The notes beneath the pieces are model-generated. The model was not told where the DNA came from and searched no databases. It saw only the letters and a list, made by a program, of their open reading frames with translations. Positions 21,105 through 30,121 of a DNA stretch of 54,993 nt are shown piece after piece. Made by a program: the position numbers and the translations under genes. Source of the stretch: a virus (taxonomy: Duplodnaviria > Heunggongvirae > Uroviricota > Caudoviricetes); the IMG/VR virus record IMGVR_UViG_2923302340_000009, positions 1-54,993 of that record, one strand, 5' to 3'. How positions within the stretch are numbered: position 1 is the stretch's first letter; each line of letters starts with the position of its first letter.

Positions 21105-22424
21105 TTACACTGGTGTGTTCAGCAAATCGTTAACGGCATCAGATGCCGGGTTACCTGCAGCCAGCGATGCCGGTGCCCCCTGCATCAGACGATCCAGCGC
21201 AGTGTCACTGCGCGCCTGTGCACTCTGTGGTGCTGCGGCCAGAATGCGGCGGGCCGTTTCCACGGTCATACCGGGGGTTTCTGCCAGCACGCGGGCCTGT
21301 TCTTCGCGTCCGTGAGCCTCCTCACAGTTGAGGATCCCCATAATGCGGCTGTTTTCTGCCGCAACCGCAGCGGTGATCTGCGCGTTCACGTCCGGCTGCG
21401 CCGCGCTGGCGTTTTCGCCCTCCGTCGCTGGCACCACGTCAGTAACGTCAGCCTGCGAAGCAGTGGCTGAAACAGTTGTTGATTGAGTCTCTTTGGTCAT
21501 TCGCCCTCCTGAGAGACGGGATTTACGTGCATCCAGTGCATCACGCATAACGGTGATCGCATCGGTACTGTTAACAAGTTCATCAGCCAGTCCGGCATCA
21601 ATGGCCTCCTGACCGCTGTACACTGCAGCCTCGGTATCCAGCACAGCCTGCACAGACAGGCCGGTATATGCCGACACCTTCTGCGCAAACATCTGGCGGG
21701 TTGCGTCCATCCGGGACTGCAGTGTCTCCCGGACGTCATCCGGAAGATGGCTGTAGGGATTGCCATCCACCTTATGGCTGCCGCTGTAAATCAGCGTGAT
21801 TTCCACGCCCTGTTTCTCCAGCGCAGCACCGTAATTGCTGTGAGCCATCATGACGCCGATGGAGCCTGTCCGGGCGGTCTGCGTGACCAGACGCCGGGAG
21901 GCGGCGCTGGCAAGCAGCTGACCTGCACTGCAGTTCATGTCGTTGGCCAGCGCCCATACCGGTTTTATGTCTCGCACACGGGCGATGATGTCAGCACAGT
22001 CAAATGCTCCCGCCACCATCCCGCCCGGTGTGTCCATATCCAGCAGAATGCCGTCCACCATCGGATCGCTGGCAGCCTGTTGCAGACGGGCGATAATGCC
22101 GTTGTAACCGGTCATCCCCGAGTACGGCTGCAGCGCCCGCGTCCGGCTGACCAGCGTACCGGACACCGGCAGCACGGCGATGCCGTTCATGACCTGATAG
22201 CTGCGGGCCTGTCGTGGTCCGTCATCATCACCGGATATCGCCAGCGCCGCGGGTGCCTCTCCGGCAGTCAGGCTGTCGCCGGATACTGCATCCGTCAGGC
22301 GGCTGATCCCAAGCTGGCCTGCAAGCGCACAAAAGAAAACCCGCGCATAGGCGGGTTCAAGCATCAGCGGCTCATTAAAAGCCATGCTGGCAATATGCGG
22401 GAGATTACGCAGCTCTGCTGTCAC
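21105..22424 (-). CDS. C: head protease/minor capsid protein C (with in-frame scaffold Nu3)
   Basis: Matches lambda gpC from VTAELRNLPHIASMAF (GTG start); overlaps 3' end of B. Confidence 0.9.
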   Translation of the reverse strand: MTAELRNLPHIASMAFNEPLMLEPAYARVFFCALAGQLGISRLTDAVSGDSLTAGEAPAALAISGDDDGPRQARSYQVMNGIAVLPVSGTLVSRTRALQPYSGMTGYNGIIARLQQAASDPMVDGILLDMDTPGGMVAGAFDCADIIARVRDIKPVWALANDMNCSAGQLLASAASRRLVTQTARTGSIGVMMAHSNYGAALEKQGVEITLIYSGSHKVDGNPYSHLPDDVRETLQSRMDATRQMFAQKVSAYTGLSVQAVLDTEAAVYSGQEAIDAGLADELVNSTDAITVMRDALDARKSRLSGGRMTKETQSTTVSATASQADVTDVVPATEGENASAAQPDVNAQITAAVAAENSRIMGILNCEEAHGREEQARVLAETPGMTVETARRILAAAPQSAQARSDTALDRLMQGAPASLAAGNPASDAVNDLLNTPV

Positions 22425-23184
22425 TCTTCTCCTCCTCTGTTGATTGTCGCAGTCCGGATTCAAATGCCGCAGCCGCCCAGGCGGGCGGTTTAAGACCGGC
22501 TGCACGGCGCTCCATCGTTTCACGGACCTGCTGGGCAAAAATTTCCTGATAGTCGTCACCGCGTTTTGCGCACTCTTTCTCGTAGGTGCTCAGTCCGGCT
22601 TCTATCAGCATCACCGCTTCCTGTACTTCTTTCAGACCATCGATGGCCATACGACCGGAGCCTATCCAGTCACAGTTCCCCCAGGCACTGCGGGCTTCCT
22701 GAAAGCTGAAGCGCGCTTTTGAAGGTAACGTCACCACGCGGCGAACGATGGCCTCTTCCAGCCAGCACAGAAACATCTGGCTCGCCTGACGGGATGCGAC
22801 GAATTTTCGCCGCCCCATAAAGTACGCCCACGACTCGTTCGCGCTGGCCCGTGCCGTGGAGTAGCTCATCTGGGCGTAATTCCGGGAAAGCTGCTCATAC
22901 GAGACACCCAGCCCGGCAGCGATATACCGCAGCAGTGACTGCTCAAACACGGAGTAGCCGTTATCCGTATCCTGAGCCGTCTGCAGGTTCAGTGAGTCAC
23001 CCGGCATCAGGTGCGGCACTTTTGCGCCTCCAAGCCGGACCGGCGCTGCGGCGTAATACGCGGCAATTTCACCAATCCAGCCGGTCAGCTTGTCCCGCTG
23101 CTCCTGACTGTTCGCGCCCAGAATAAAATCCATCGCTGACTGCGTATCCAGCTCACTCTCAATGGTGGCGGCATACATCGCCTT
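22405..23184 (-). pseudogene. B: portal protein B, C-terminal segment (codons 277-533) separated from N-terminal segment by the inserted island
   Basis: MYAATIESELDTQSAMDF... to end matches lambda gpB C-terminus; preceding codons KA retained at the junction. Confidence 0.9.
23172..23184. repeat. left copy of 13-bp direct repeat (catacatcgcctt) bounding the island; putative att core
   Basis: Same 13-mer with one mismatch (cataaatcgcctt) at 34071..34083; lambda portal sequence is continuous across one copy. Confidence 0.7.
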
Positions 23185-23256
23185 TATGAAAAGACAGGAA
23201 AAAATAAAATTTAAAAACAGTACATTACGAATGCTCAGACCTATCGTTTAAAGGAG

Positions 23257-23280
23257 TCGCAATACACACTGCAATACACG
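23257..23280. repeat. two tandem copies of GCAATACAC motif near left island end (putative integrase/AlpA arm sites)
   Basis: tcgcaatacacac tgcaatacacg; same motif three times at right end 33894..33947. Confidence 0.5.
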
Positions 23281-23619
23281 ATTATTTATAAGATGAGCGG
23301 CATCCGTCATAAAGCTGGTGGATGCTTTTTCTATGCATATATGCACAGTTTTAGTGGGCGTTAATGTCGATATAGGGATCCCCATATCGAGATTGGATAC
23401 CTGGCTTTTTTCCGGTTAACCTTTAATCAGGCTGGTGGGCTTTACCTGTTTTGTATGAGTGGTCATCATGACCATGTCATAACAAAAACCCCATATTCGT
23501 GGTTTTTCTGTGTCGGGCTATTCTGTCGTTGCTGTGCTGATTTGGCTGGTGGGCTGAATCATCATTACGGCGATGCAGCTATGTAGACGTTCCGGCCTCC
23601 TCAAATTGAGGATTGTGGA

Positions 23620-23980
23620 AGAATCAATGGGTTAGTCTTACTTTCCCGACATCCCCCAATGGGGGTTTTCGAAACAATCAATAGCTTAGGCTTACTTCCC
23701 CGATTTCCTGCATTGCAGGTTTTCGAAATAATCAATGGGTTAGGCCATCGTGCAATTTTGCACTTTGCCAGCCAGCGCAATGTCGCGTTATCAGTCCTCA
23801 GATGTGAGGGATGTAGCCAGCTTTTCCCCCAGTGGGGGATATCCAGCACCGACGGCTTAACTGTGCGTGCCAGCACAAGGTAGCCTTGAACTACTTACTG
23901 CATCCCATCTTACAGGCCGTGCCTTCCTGCTTAACTTTTTGCAATGCAACAAGTCAGCCAGCGCAATTTTGCGTTATCGG
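23620..23980. repeat. array of about 54-bp periodic repeats (aatcaatRgSttagg) each followed by a short GC palindrome and ttttcgaaa
   Basis: Three units starting near 23622, 23676, 23730; palindromes cccccaatggggg, cctgcattgcagg, gtgcaattttgcac, cccccagtggggg; second family cagccagcgcaatNNNgcgttatc twice. Confidence 0.5.
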
Positions 23981-23993
23981 GAATATCAGCAAG

Positions 23994-24275
23994 TTACCGC
24001 CGCAATCGTTCCGGCTTCTTCCACTGGTAAGTATTTTTCGCGCTCTCCCTCCGTTGTTGAGAAAGGCGACGATATGCCAGCAACTCAAGGACTCTTGTTC
24101 GTATGTTGCGCATATCCACGCCGTTAAGCTCAATACCGTCACGGCGCATCACCTCAGCCACTACACGCACATAATTATCTGCGGTCACGCTGTCCGGCTG
24201 CGTGGCCTGTTCGTCATGCTGCTTGCTGATTCCACAAGCACGGCGGATTAATCGCAGTATTTCGGATTCAGTCAT
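23994..24275 (-). CDS. hypothetical protein (island packaging module)
   Basis: 93-aa ORF 11 nt downstream of TerS-like gene; no recognisable family. Confidence 0.45.
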   Translation of the reverse strand: MTESEILRLIRRACGISKQHDEQATQPDSVTADNYVRVVAEVMRRDGIELNGVDMRNIRTRVLELLAYRRLSQQRRESAKNTYQWKKPERLRR

Positions 24276-24286
24276 AGCGTACTACG

Positions 24287-24829
24287 TTACTTATCTTTAT
24301 TCGGCTGCAACTTATCCGGTACGTTTCCGGCAGTTTCCATCAGATAATCGGACAGCATCAGCGGTATGTTTTCGTCAAGTTTTGCGCATGCGTTACAGGC
24401 TCTGATAACTTCTTTTTTCAGTCCATCCAGCATAGACGGCTTCATGTCGGGAAACTTCCTTGTCATGGCAAGCGGCAGGCTGTCCATGATTGAAGAAATC
24501 TGACTCGCCAATTTTGAAAGCACGTATATACAAAACGCTGTATCAATAACGTCGCCGCGTTCGCGCTCGTTTTTAAGCTCCTGCGCCTCTGCCTGTGCTG
24601 TCAGCAATCTGATCCTGACTCGTAGGAGTTCATCATCATCAATCTCGCCTTTGTCGTCTGTAATCTGGTTAATTGCATTGCTAACCCGATTGTCTATTAC
24701 GCTGGCAACATCATAAAACGCCTCGCGGCCTTTACGTTCAACGGGAGTCACTCCCCACTTGTCGAACGCTGTCGCACTTACACGGCAGCTTTGCGCCATG
24801 TTTTTTTTGTTCATCAGGTGCGATTTCAT
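24287..24829 (-). CDS. terminase small subunit-like protein (lambda Nu1 homologue) encoded by the island
   Basis: Aligns with lambda Nu1 core LTRAQADAQELKN...AFCTFVLSRIAGEIASILDGIPL; ATG at 24829 preceded by GGGGA; lies downstream of island cos. Confidence 0.75.
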   Translation of the reverse strand: MKSHLMNKKNMAQSCRVSATAFDKWGVTPVERKGREAFYDVASVIDNRVSNAINQITDDKGEIDDDELLRVRIRLLTAQAEAQELKNERERGDVIDTAFCIYVLSKLASQISSIMDSLPLAMTRKFPDMKPSMLDGLKKEVIRACNACAKLDENIPLMLSDYLMETAGNVPDKLQPNKDK

Positions 24830-24940
24830 CAATATCCCCACTTAAGTAATGTTTCAGGTTGGTGTATTGACTTTATCTTTTCCTTTTTATTCATAGAGAT
24901 AGAGCGAACAACAAAACCACCACCAGCACCCGAAAAAGGC

Positions 24941-25010
24941 TCATAAATAGCGAAAACCCGCGAGGTCGCCGCCCCGTAGCCTACCGGATCACCGGAAAGG
25001 ACCCGCCAGC
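24941..25010 (-). other. island cos site with canonical lambda-type cosN (GGGCGGCGACCT) and lambda-like cosQ-side flank, divergent cosB side
   Basis: Plus strand aaatagcgaaaacccgcg AGGTCGCCGCCC cgtagcctaccggatcaccggaaaggacccgcc (cosN 24963..24974); paralogous to prophage cos at about 37700. Confidence 0.75.
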
Positions 25011-25030
25011 CAGAGCGGGCCCTAATTTCA

Positions 25031-25414
25031 TCAACCAATCAGCTTATAGCGACCATCCCGTGCATTGCGGCGTACACGCTCAATCTTGAGGCATAGCGCC
25101 GCATCTGGCTTTTTTGGGACAGGTACGCGGCAATATTCAGAAGCGCGAGGAATATTATTTATCCAGTCGATCACTTCACTTAAATACCAGGCCTTACGCC
25201 CTTCCGTAACCTGCACACGCTCCGGGAACTCTCCACTAGCCTCAAGGTTTAGCAGTGTACGACGACTCAGGGTTGTAATTTCCATCACCTGATTCATATC
25301 AACAAGGCGCTCGCTTAAACACATTTTGTCAGCGATAGCTTTTAATTCCTCTACAGCTGGATTCGGGTACATCATTTCGGCAATTGGCTTAAGGTCATTG
25401 TAATCATTCTGCAT
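25031..25414 (-). CDS. AlpA-family HTH protein (second copy, in packaging module)
   Basis: Motif ITTLSRRTLLNLEASGEFPERVQVTEGRKAWYLSEVIDWI; strong SD AGGGGGA. Confidence 0.65.
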   Translation of the reverse strand: MQNDYNDLKPIAEMMYPNPAVEELKAIADKMCLSERLVDMNQVMEITTLSRRTLLNLEASGEFPERVQVTEGRKAWYLSEVIDWINNIPRASEYCRVPVPKKPDAALCLKIERVRRNARDGRYKLIG

Positions 25415-25425
25415 TGTATCCCCCT

Positions 25426-25767
25426 TTACACACGAGCCAGCGGCTGAACAGAAATACCTGAGCCAACAAACGCTGCAACCTTTACTGACAGTTCTTTAAC
25501 AGACTCAGGCCAGTTCAGAGCATCAACATTTAAGACACCTGTCTTATAGACCTGAGCCTGTGTTTTTTTCGCGGTGTCGATTTGTACAGCGGAAACATAA
25601 ACCGCTTTACCTACGCTCGAACCATCCCATACCACCAGTGCACCTGTTGCATCTTCCTGCATCAGTGGCGTAAATGCAGGAATTACCCCTTTATTAGCTG
25701 AAAATATCCCCAGCGTAGTCACCAGTGCTTCAGTGCCAGCCATGAGTTCAGTGTAATGAGTAGCCAT
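25426..25767 (-). CDS. head decoration protein, lambda gpD-like (island paralogue)
   Basis: 113 aa alignable to lambda gpD (PAFTPLM...VWDGSS...); SD AGGGGGAG. Confidence 0.75.
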   Translation of the reverse strand: MATHYTELMAGTEALVTTLGIFSANKGVIPAFTPLMQEDATGALVVWDGSSVGKAVYVSAVQIDTAKKTQAQVYKTGVLNVDALNWPESVKELSVKVAAFVGSGISVQPLARV

Positions 25768-25776
25768 TGCTCCCCC

Positions 25777-26823
25777 TTAGCCAATGCGAACGGTAACAAA
25801 ACGATTGATGCGGGCCGGTATTGGCTGTGGTGCTGAATGTGTCTGCACATATTCAATAGCCGGATCACCAGGCACAATATAGTTTTTCGGTGCAAGTTCG
25901 GCTTTAGTCAGCCCCATTCGGATTAGCTCCGGATCCTGAATACCGCCATAGGCGACAATCCCCTGAAGAGCCGTATTGCCAAGCACCATCAAATCAGGAT
26001 CAAGGAAATGTTTTTCTGTTCCGTCCTCGTCGGTATAACGCCCGCTGTAAACAACAATCGCAACATCGCCCATATACCCTTTAAAACTCACCGAATCACC
26101 AAGGTCTTTAAGGGCCGTTTCCAGTTCGGAATTAGAACCACGACGGGTATCCAAAGCCTCTTTTATCGCTCTGAATGAACGGTATTTCTTCCATACATTA
26201 CCACCCATAATGATGATATTAGTGACGCCCTCACTAAATTCTGCGTAGCTCTCAATATCATCATTTGGATCAAAAGTTTCTTTATCCTTACCTGACCACT
26301 CAGTACCGCCAGACTGAGTGATGATATTTTGTGGTTTTATATTCCAGTCCAGCTCATAACGTTCAATACCATCGCCCTCAATGATATTTTTCCCCGTTGT
26401 GATTGCCTGAACAGCAAGCCATTCAATACGTGCACGAATAGCTTTAGCCTGATTTACAATCGCCTGTTTAACTTTAATATTACGCGCCCCAAAAGCATTG
26501 TATTGCTCAGGTGACACACCAGCAGGGCGCACAGCTAACTTATTTGGATCAATGCTGCTTTTCGGCTTCATATAACCTGGACGAATTGTTTTTGATTCGT
26601 ATCCCTCATCTCGTGAAACTTTACTGCCCACCATAGGAGAGCAAAACGCCGCGATCGGGATATTTGGATCGTCGATCGTATCAAGAATAATGTCTCTCGA
26701 TTCAAACATTACCGAGCGAGTGAAAAACAAACTGGTAAACAACGCATTTAATTTTTTTTGCACATCTTCAGCATTAGCCACCTGCACAAGCTGTGTAGGC
26801 GAATATAAATCAACCATACTCAT
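25777..26823 (-). CDS. major capsid protein, lambda gpE-like (island paralogue)
   Basis: Roughly half identity to lambda gpE by eye across C-terminal two-thirds (QSGGTEW...LDTRRGSNSELETA...VAIVVYSG); start at MSMVDLYS with SD AAGAGGA. Confidence 0.8.
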   Translation of the reverse strand: MSMVDLYSPTQLVQVANAEDVQKKLNALFTSLFFTRSVMFESRDIILDTIDDPNIPIAAFCSPMVGSKVSRDEGYESKTIRPGYMKPKSSIDPNKLAVRPAGVSPEQYNAFGARNIKVKQAIVNQAKAIRARIEWLAVQAITTGKNIIEGDGIERYELDWNIKPQNIITQSGGTEWSGKDKETFDPNDDIESYAEFSEGVTNIIIMGGNVWKKYRSFRAIKEALDTRRGSNSELETALKDLGDSVSFKGYMGDVAIVVYSGRYTDEDGTEKHFLDPDLMVLGNTALQGIVAYGGIQDPELIRMGLTKAELAPKNYIVPGDPAIEYVQTHSAPQPIPARINRFVTVRIG

Positions 26824-26988
26824 CCTCTTTACATTCATTACAAATAATTGTGAATATATTCTATTACCGATGTCTGCTATGCGAACACATGCAACCAAGT
26901 GCAATGTTGTATAAAATATGCCGTAACAACTTCAGTGCTGATAATTCGTGTTAATGTATTTACTTCCTTTGGTCGGGATTTATGTAGC

Positions 26989-27028
26989 ATGCCGGAAAAT
27001 CTATTTTTTTCCGGCATCTTTTTGTTTG
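26989..27028 (+). terminator. plus-strand hairpin with T-tract between island ssb and capsid genes
   Basis: atgccggaaa / tttccggcat 10-bp stem followed by ctttttgtttg on plus strand; both neighbouring genes are on minus strand. Confidence 0.35.
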
Positions 27029-27034
27029 CAGAAT

Positions 27035-27457
27035 TTAAAACGGTATATTATCGCCGTACGGATCATCATTCCCCGACTGTTGTTTTGCCCTGTTCAGTGC
27101 GTCAGTGGCCTGCCCCTGCTGGCCTTTTTTGCCGCCCGGTCGCGCCGTTCGCGCACTGATTACGCTGTCTGCGATAACCTGCCAGCCCCGCCGCGTTTCG
27201 CCGTTCTGGCCTGTCCACTGGCTTACCTGCATGTTACCCGCCACGCTCACCAGTTCGCCTTTGTGGTGTTTTGCCAGTGCGTCGGCCTGTCTGCCAAACG
27301 CCAGGACGGATAACCACATCGTCGCCGTTCCGTCATCTGCCTGGCTGCACGGCAGGGGAACCGCCATACTCGCCATCGCCATTTGTGTCCCTTTGCTGGT
27401 GGTCTTTAACTGCGGGTCAGCCACCAGCCGCCCGTAAGCCGCTATCTGTGCTGTCAT
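27035..27457 (-). CDS. ssb: single-stranded DNA-binding protein (SSB-like)
   Basis: 140 aa with Gly/Gln-rich linker and acidic C-terminal tail DDPYGDNIPF typical of SSB. Confidence 0.75.
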   Translation of the reverse strand: MTAQIAAYGRLVADPQLKTTSKGTQMAMASMAVPLPCSQADDGTATMWLSVLAFGRQADALAKHHKGELVSVAGNMQVSQWTGQNGETRRGWQVIADSVISARTARPGGKKGQQGQATDALNRAKQQSGNDDPYGDNIPF

Positions 27458-27768
27458 GCTGTCTGCTCTCCGGTTTTAACATTGATGGTTGTCACCTGTT
27501 CCGCTTCGGCAATCTCCCGTTCTGTCAGCGTGGCAAAGTTTGCCGCTGCTGTGGTCATAAATGCGCTTATCAGGTCGGGATGTTCCTTCGCGTATCCTGC
27601 CCGTGTGTGGTGGTCTATCGCTTTGATTGCCACCTTTAAGGAAAGCTCTGTCATGTCTAACGCTTTATATTTTGCCTGTGTTCTGTCTCTGCGAATTTTG
27701 GTCATTTGTCGCCCCTGATTCATGTTTTCGGCTGGCATGTTTGTTAAGTGATTTTTATGTATGCGCAT
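27454..27768 (-). CDS. hypothetical protein translationally coupled to ssb
   Basis: 104-aa ORF; stop overlaps ssb ATG (ATGA). Confidence 0.45.
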   Translation of the reverse strand: MRIHKNHLTNMPAENMNQGRQMTKIRRDRTQAKYKALDMTELSLKVAIKAIDHHTRAGYAKEHPDLISAFMTTAAANFATLTEREIAEAEQVTTINVKTGEQTA

Positions 27769-27819
27769 TTATTTTCACCCCCCCTCGTTTAAAAAGTTTT
27801 TAGTTGTGCCTCCCCCCCT

Positions 27820-28045
27820 CTACCCATCTACCCGAATGCTCATCATGTCAGTAATGGCGCCGCTTTCAGCGGGTAGATAGCTTTTTTGACTCCTCTACCT
27901 GCCGTCTACCCTGCTACCTGAAACTGATAAAATCAGGTAGAAGAGGTAGAGAGCTTTTATTAGCCTTCTACCTAGCCCTATATCCACTTATCATGTTGAA
28001 TAATATGCATTTATTTCGTTCAGGTAGATGGGGTAGATGGCTTTT
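27820..28045. repeat. iteron cluster (GGTAGA / TCTACC motifs, about 12 copies in both orientations); putative island replication origin
   Basis: ctctaccc, atctaccc, gggtagat, aggtagaagaggtagag, ggtagatggggtagatgg immediately upstream of primase gene. Confidence 0.7.
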
Positions 28046-28053
28046 ACAAAAAA

Positions 28054-29808
28054 TTATAAAAACGCGTCGCAATCGTCTGTTGTAATTGCGTTGGTCTGCG
28101 TTACTCCCTTAACTTTTCGCGTAATATATTCATGCCCGTAAACTTTCGCCGCTGGCTTCATGGCCTTGCTGAACTCAGCCACGTTTAGCGGTTTGCTCCT
28201 GCCCGCGTATGCCATAAACGCCAGATAGACGCGGTAAAGGCTGTTCCTGGTCGTGTACTTCACTGAATCACCACCGCCACCCATCATCAGGCCGCGCGCT
28301 TCCTCCAGAAAATTCAGGAACTGGCAAAACTCAATAACCGGATCCGTCTGTTGCTTTATTGCCAGTGCTTCATCACCGTCACGCTGTTCCAGTAGTAAAG
28401 CCCGTGCCTTCTCAGGGTCGGTAAAGTTCGCCAGCAATCGGCGGATAATAACGGGGATTTCAGCCGCAATCTTTTCCGGTAGCTCCCTGTCTTTTTCGGC
28501 CTCACTGACGATATTGTCGAAACGGAAAATCACGCGACGACGTGCCACACCTCCGGCCCGTTCGGTGAATATCATCGGGTTGTTGTTGGTCGCCAGCACC
28601 ACCGCCCTGATTACCGCCGTGAAACGCTTTTCATATTTCGGGTTAATTTCCACGGGGTCGCCGCCTGTGATTTTCTTGATGCCCGTTCCTTCGCCTGTAT
28701 ATTTCGGCTGGTCAGCCAGGACGATAAGACGACTCCCGACAACCTGCGCACGTCCACCAGCATCATCAAGCGATGTCATTTCAGCGCTTACCGTGTTCTG
28801 TTTCCCTGCCAGAAGGCTGGCTATGTGTGTGAATGTACTTTTACCGCTCCCGCCGTCTCCGGTGGCCTCAATAAACATCTGCCAGTCGTACCGGTTCGCC
28901 ATAATCATGTACAGCGCGGCACATATACGCATCATCTTGCGCGGGTCTTTTCCGGCTGCGTGCTCAAGCCATTTATGAAAGTTTGGCGCGTTATCGCGGA
29001 TGTTCTCCCCTGGTGCTGGTGGCGTGTACTCAATGCCGTTGTGCGTGGTGATCCAGTTCTCCGGCGTGTGCGGGGAAAATTCCCCCGTTTTCAGGTCAAG
29101 CGCACCATTGGCGAACGGCAGCAAATCGCCAGACGGCTCGCCCATTGGTTCGGCAATAACTTTTAACGCTTCCACGGCGTTATTGATTACGCGCTTGCTG
29201 AAAGTGGCCCTGTGCTCTGAATAGATCGCCACCATTTCGCGGCTAAGTTCCATTGTGCTGACCGGACACCATACCCCGCCGCGCCATACGTGAACGATTT
29301 CACTTTCAGGATGTACGCAAACGCCATCAAAGCGATCGGCAAGCAACTGCGCGCGCTCACTGTCCGCCATCTGCGAAAGTTGCGCCTTTTGCTTTACCGG
29401 AAGCTCAATGACCAGACCATCAGAAAGATTCTGGCGTTCACGGGCCAGATATTCGCGCCAGGTCTGCACCTCCTGGCCGTGCATACCCTCAGGATAAAAA
29501 TTTGCATCCTGTACGCCTGCTGCCGCCAGCTTCTGACCAATCGCCTTTATCATTACAGGCGCAAGATATCCGGCCCTGTATATGCGTGCTGATTTTCGGC
29601 CTTCCGGCACAATTTGCAGATTATCCAGTTCGGATAGCTGCTGCTCCCCAAGCCACACAGGAGGCTCATTATCTCCGGCCATACGCGCATCATGTTCCTG
29701 CCATTGTTTCGCGTGTGCCCAGGCATCACTACCCGCAAAAATAATTACTTCTGTTCCTTTGTGTTTTATGCCGCGTGACTGCTGTTTTACGTTCGGTGCC
29801 AGTTTCAT
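28054..29808 (-). CDS. primase-helicase (P4 alpha-like replication protein with P-loop NTPase domain)
   Basis: 584 aa; Walker A GDGGSGKST; adjacent iterons; translationally coupled to upstream ORF. Confidence 0.75.
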   Translation of the reverse strand: MKLAPNVKQQSRGIKHKGTEVIIFAGSDAWAHAKQWQEHDARMAGDNEPPVWLGEQQLSELDNLQIVPEGRKSARIYRAGYLAPVMIKAIGQKLAAAGVQDANFYPEGMHGQEVQTWREYLARERQNLSDGLVIELPVKQKAQLSQMADSERAQLLADRFDGVCVHPESEIVHVWRGGVWCPVSTMELSREMVAIYSEHRATFSKRVINNAVEALKVIAEPMGEPSGDLLPFANGALDLKTGEFSPHTPENWITTHNGIEYTPPAPGENIRDNAPNFHKWLEHAAGKDPRKMMRICAALYMIMANRYDWQMFIEATGDGGSGKSTFTHIASLLAGKQNTVSAEMTSLDDAGGRAQVVGSRLIVLADQPKYTGEGTGIKKITGGDPVEINPKYEKRFTAVIRAVVLATNNNPMIFTERAGGVARRRVIFRFDNIVSEAEKDRELPEKIAAEIPVIIRRLLANFTDPEKARALLLEQRDGDEALAIKQQTDPVIEFCQFLNFLEEARGLMMGGGGDSVKYTTRNSLYRVYLAFMAYAGRSKPLNVAEFSKAMKPAAKVYGHEYITRKVKGVTQTNAITTDDCDAFL

Positions 29809-30104
29809 TTTTTACCTCTGAATCCGTTAATCATGGTTTTCATTTTCTGGATATTTCCCCACGCTTTTTCCCTGCTGATGGGCTTACTGCGGGGTGCGGC
29901 ATATACCAGGGAAAAATCACGCCGGAACTGATAAACAGGCATCACGCAGTCATAGCTATACCCCTCACGGCGGTAAGTGATGCGCCGTTCTGCCACGCCT
30001 TTAATCGTTACCGTGCCGCCGTATTTATCGCGGTAAATATCGCCGTTCATAAATTCAGGTCGAGCGGGGCCGCTGGCAATAAAGCCAGAATTTTTCATTT
30101 CCAT
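29805..30104 (-). CDS. hypothetical protein
   Basis: 99-aa ORF whose stop overlaps primase start. Confidence 0.45.
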   Translation of the reverse strand: MEMKNSGFIASGPARPEFMNGDIYRDKYGGTVTIKGVAERRITYRREGYSYDCVMPVYQFRRDFSLVYAAPRSKPISREKAWGNIQKMKTMINGFRGKK

Positions 30105-30121
30105 ATTATTTATTCCTCGAC

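Noticed and set aside
23620-23980. Possible CRISPR array
   Set aside because: Repeat units are not identical, spacing is about 54 bp with partly related spacers that are themselves palindromes, and there is no leader or cas context. Kept as an unexplained hairpin array instead.
23185-24000. Protein-coding genes in the island left arm (track ORFs 23601..23876, 23659..23883, 23832..24251)
   Set aside because: They overlap one another on both strands within the hairpin/repeat array, with no RBS. The region is more parsimoniously non-coding.
24829-25038. 69-aa ORF spanning the island cos site, and its paralogue 37690..37917 spanning the prophage cos
   Set aside because: Both lie across cosQ/cosN/cosB, where lambda has no gene. 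Their similarity to each other reflects shared cos DNA rather than a conserved protein.
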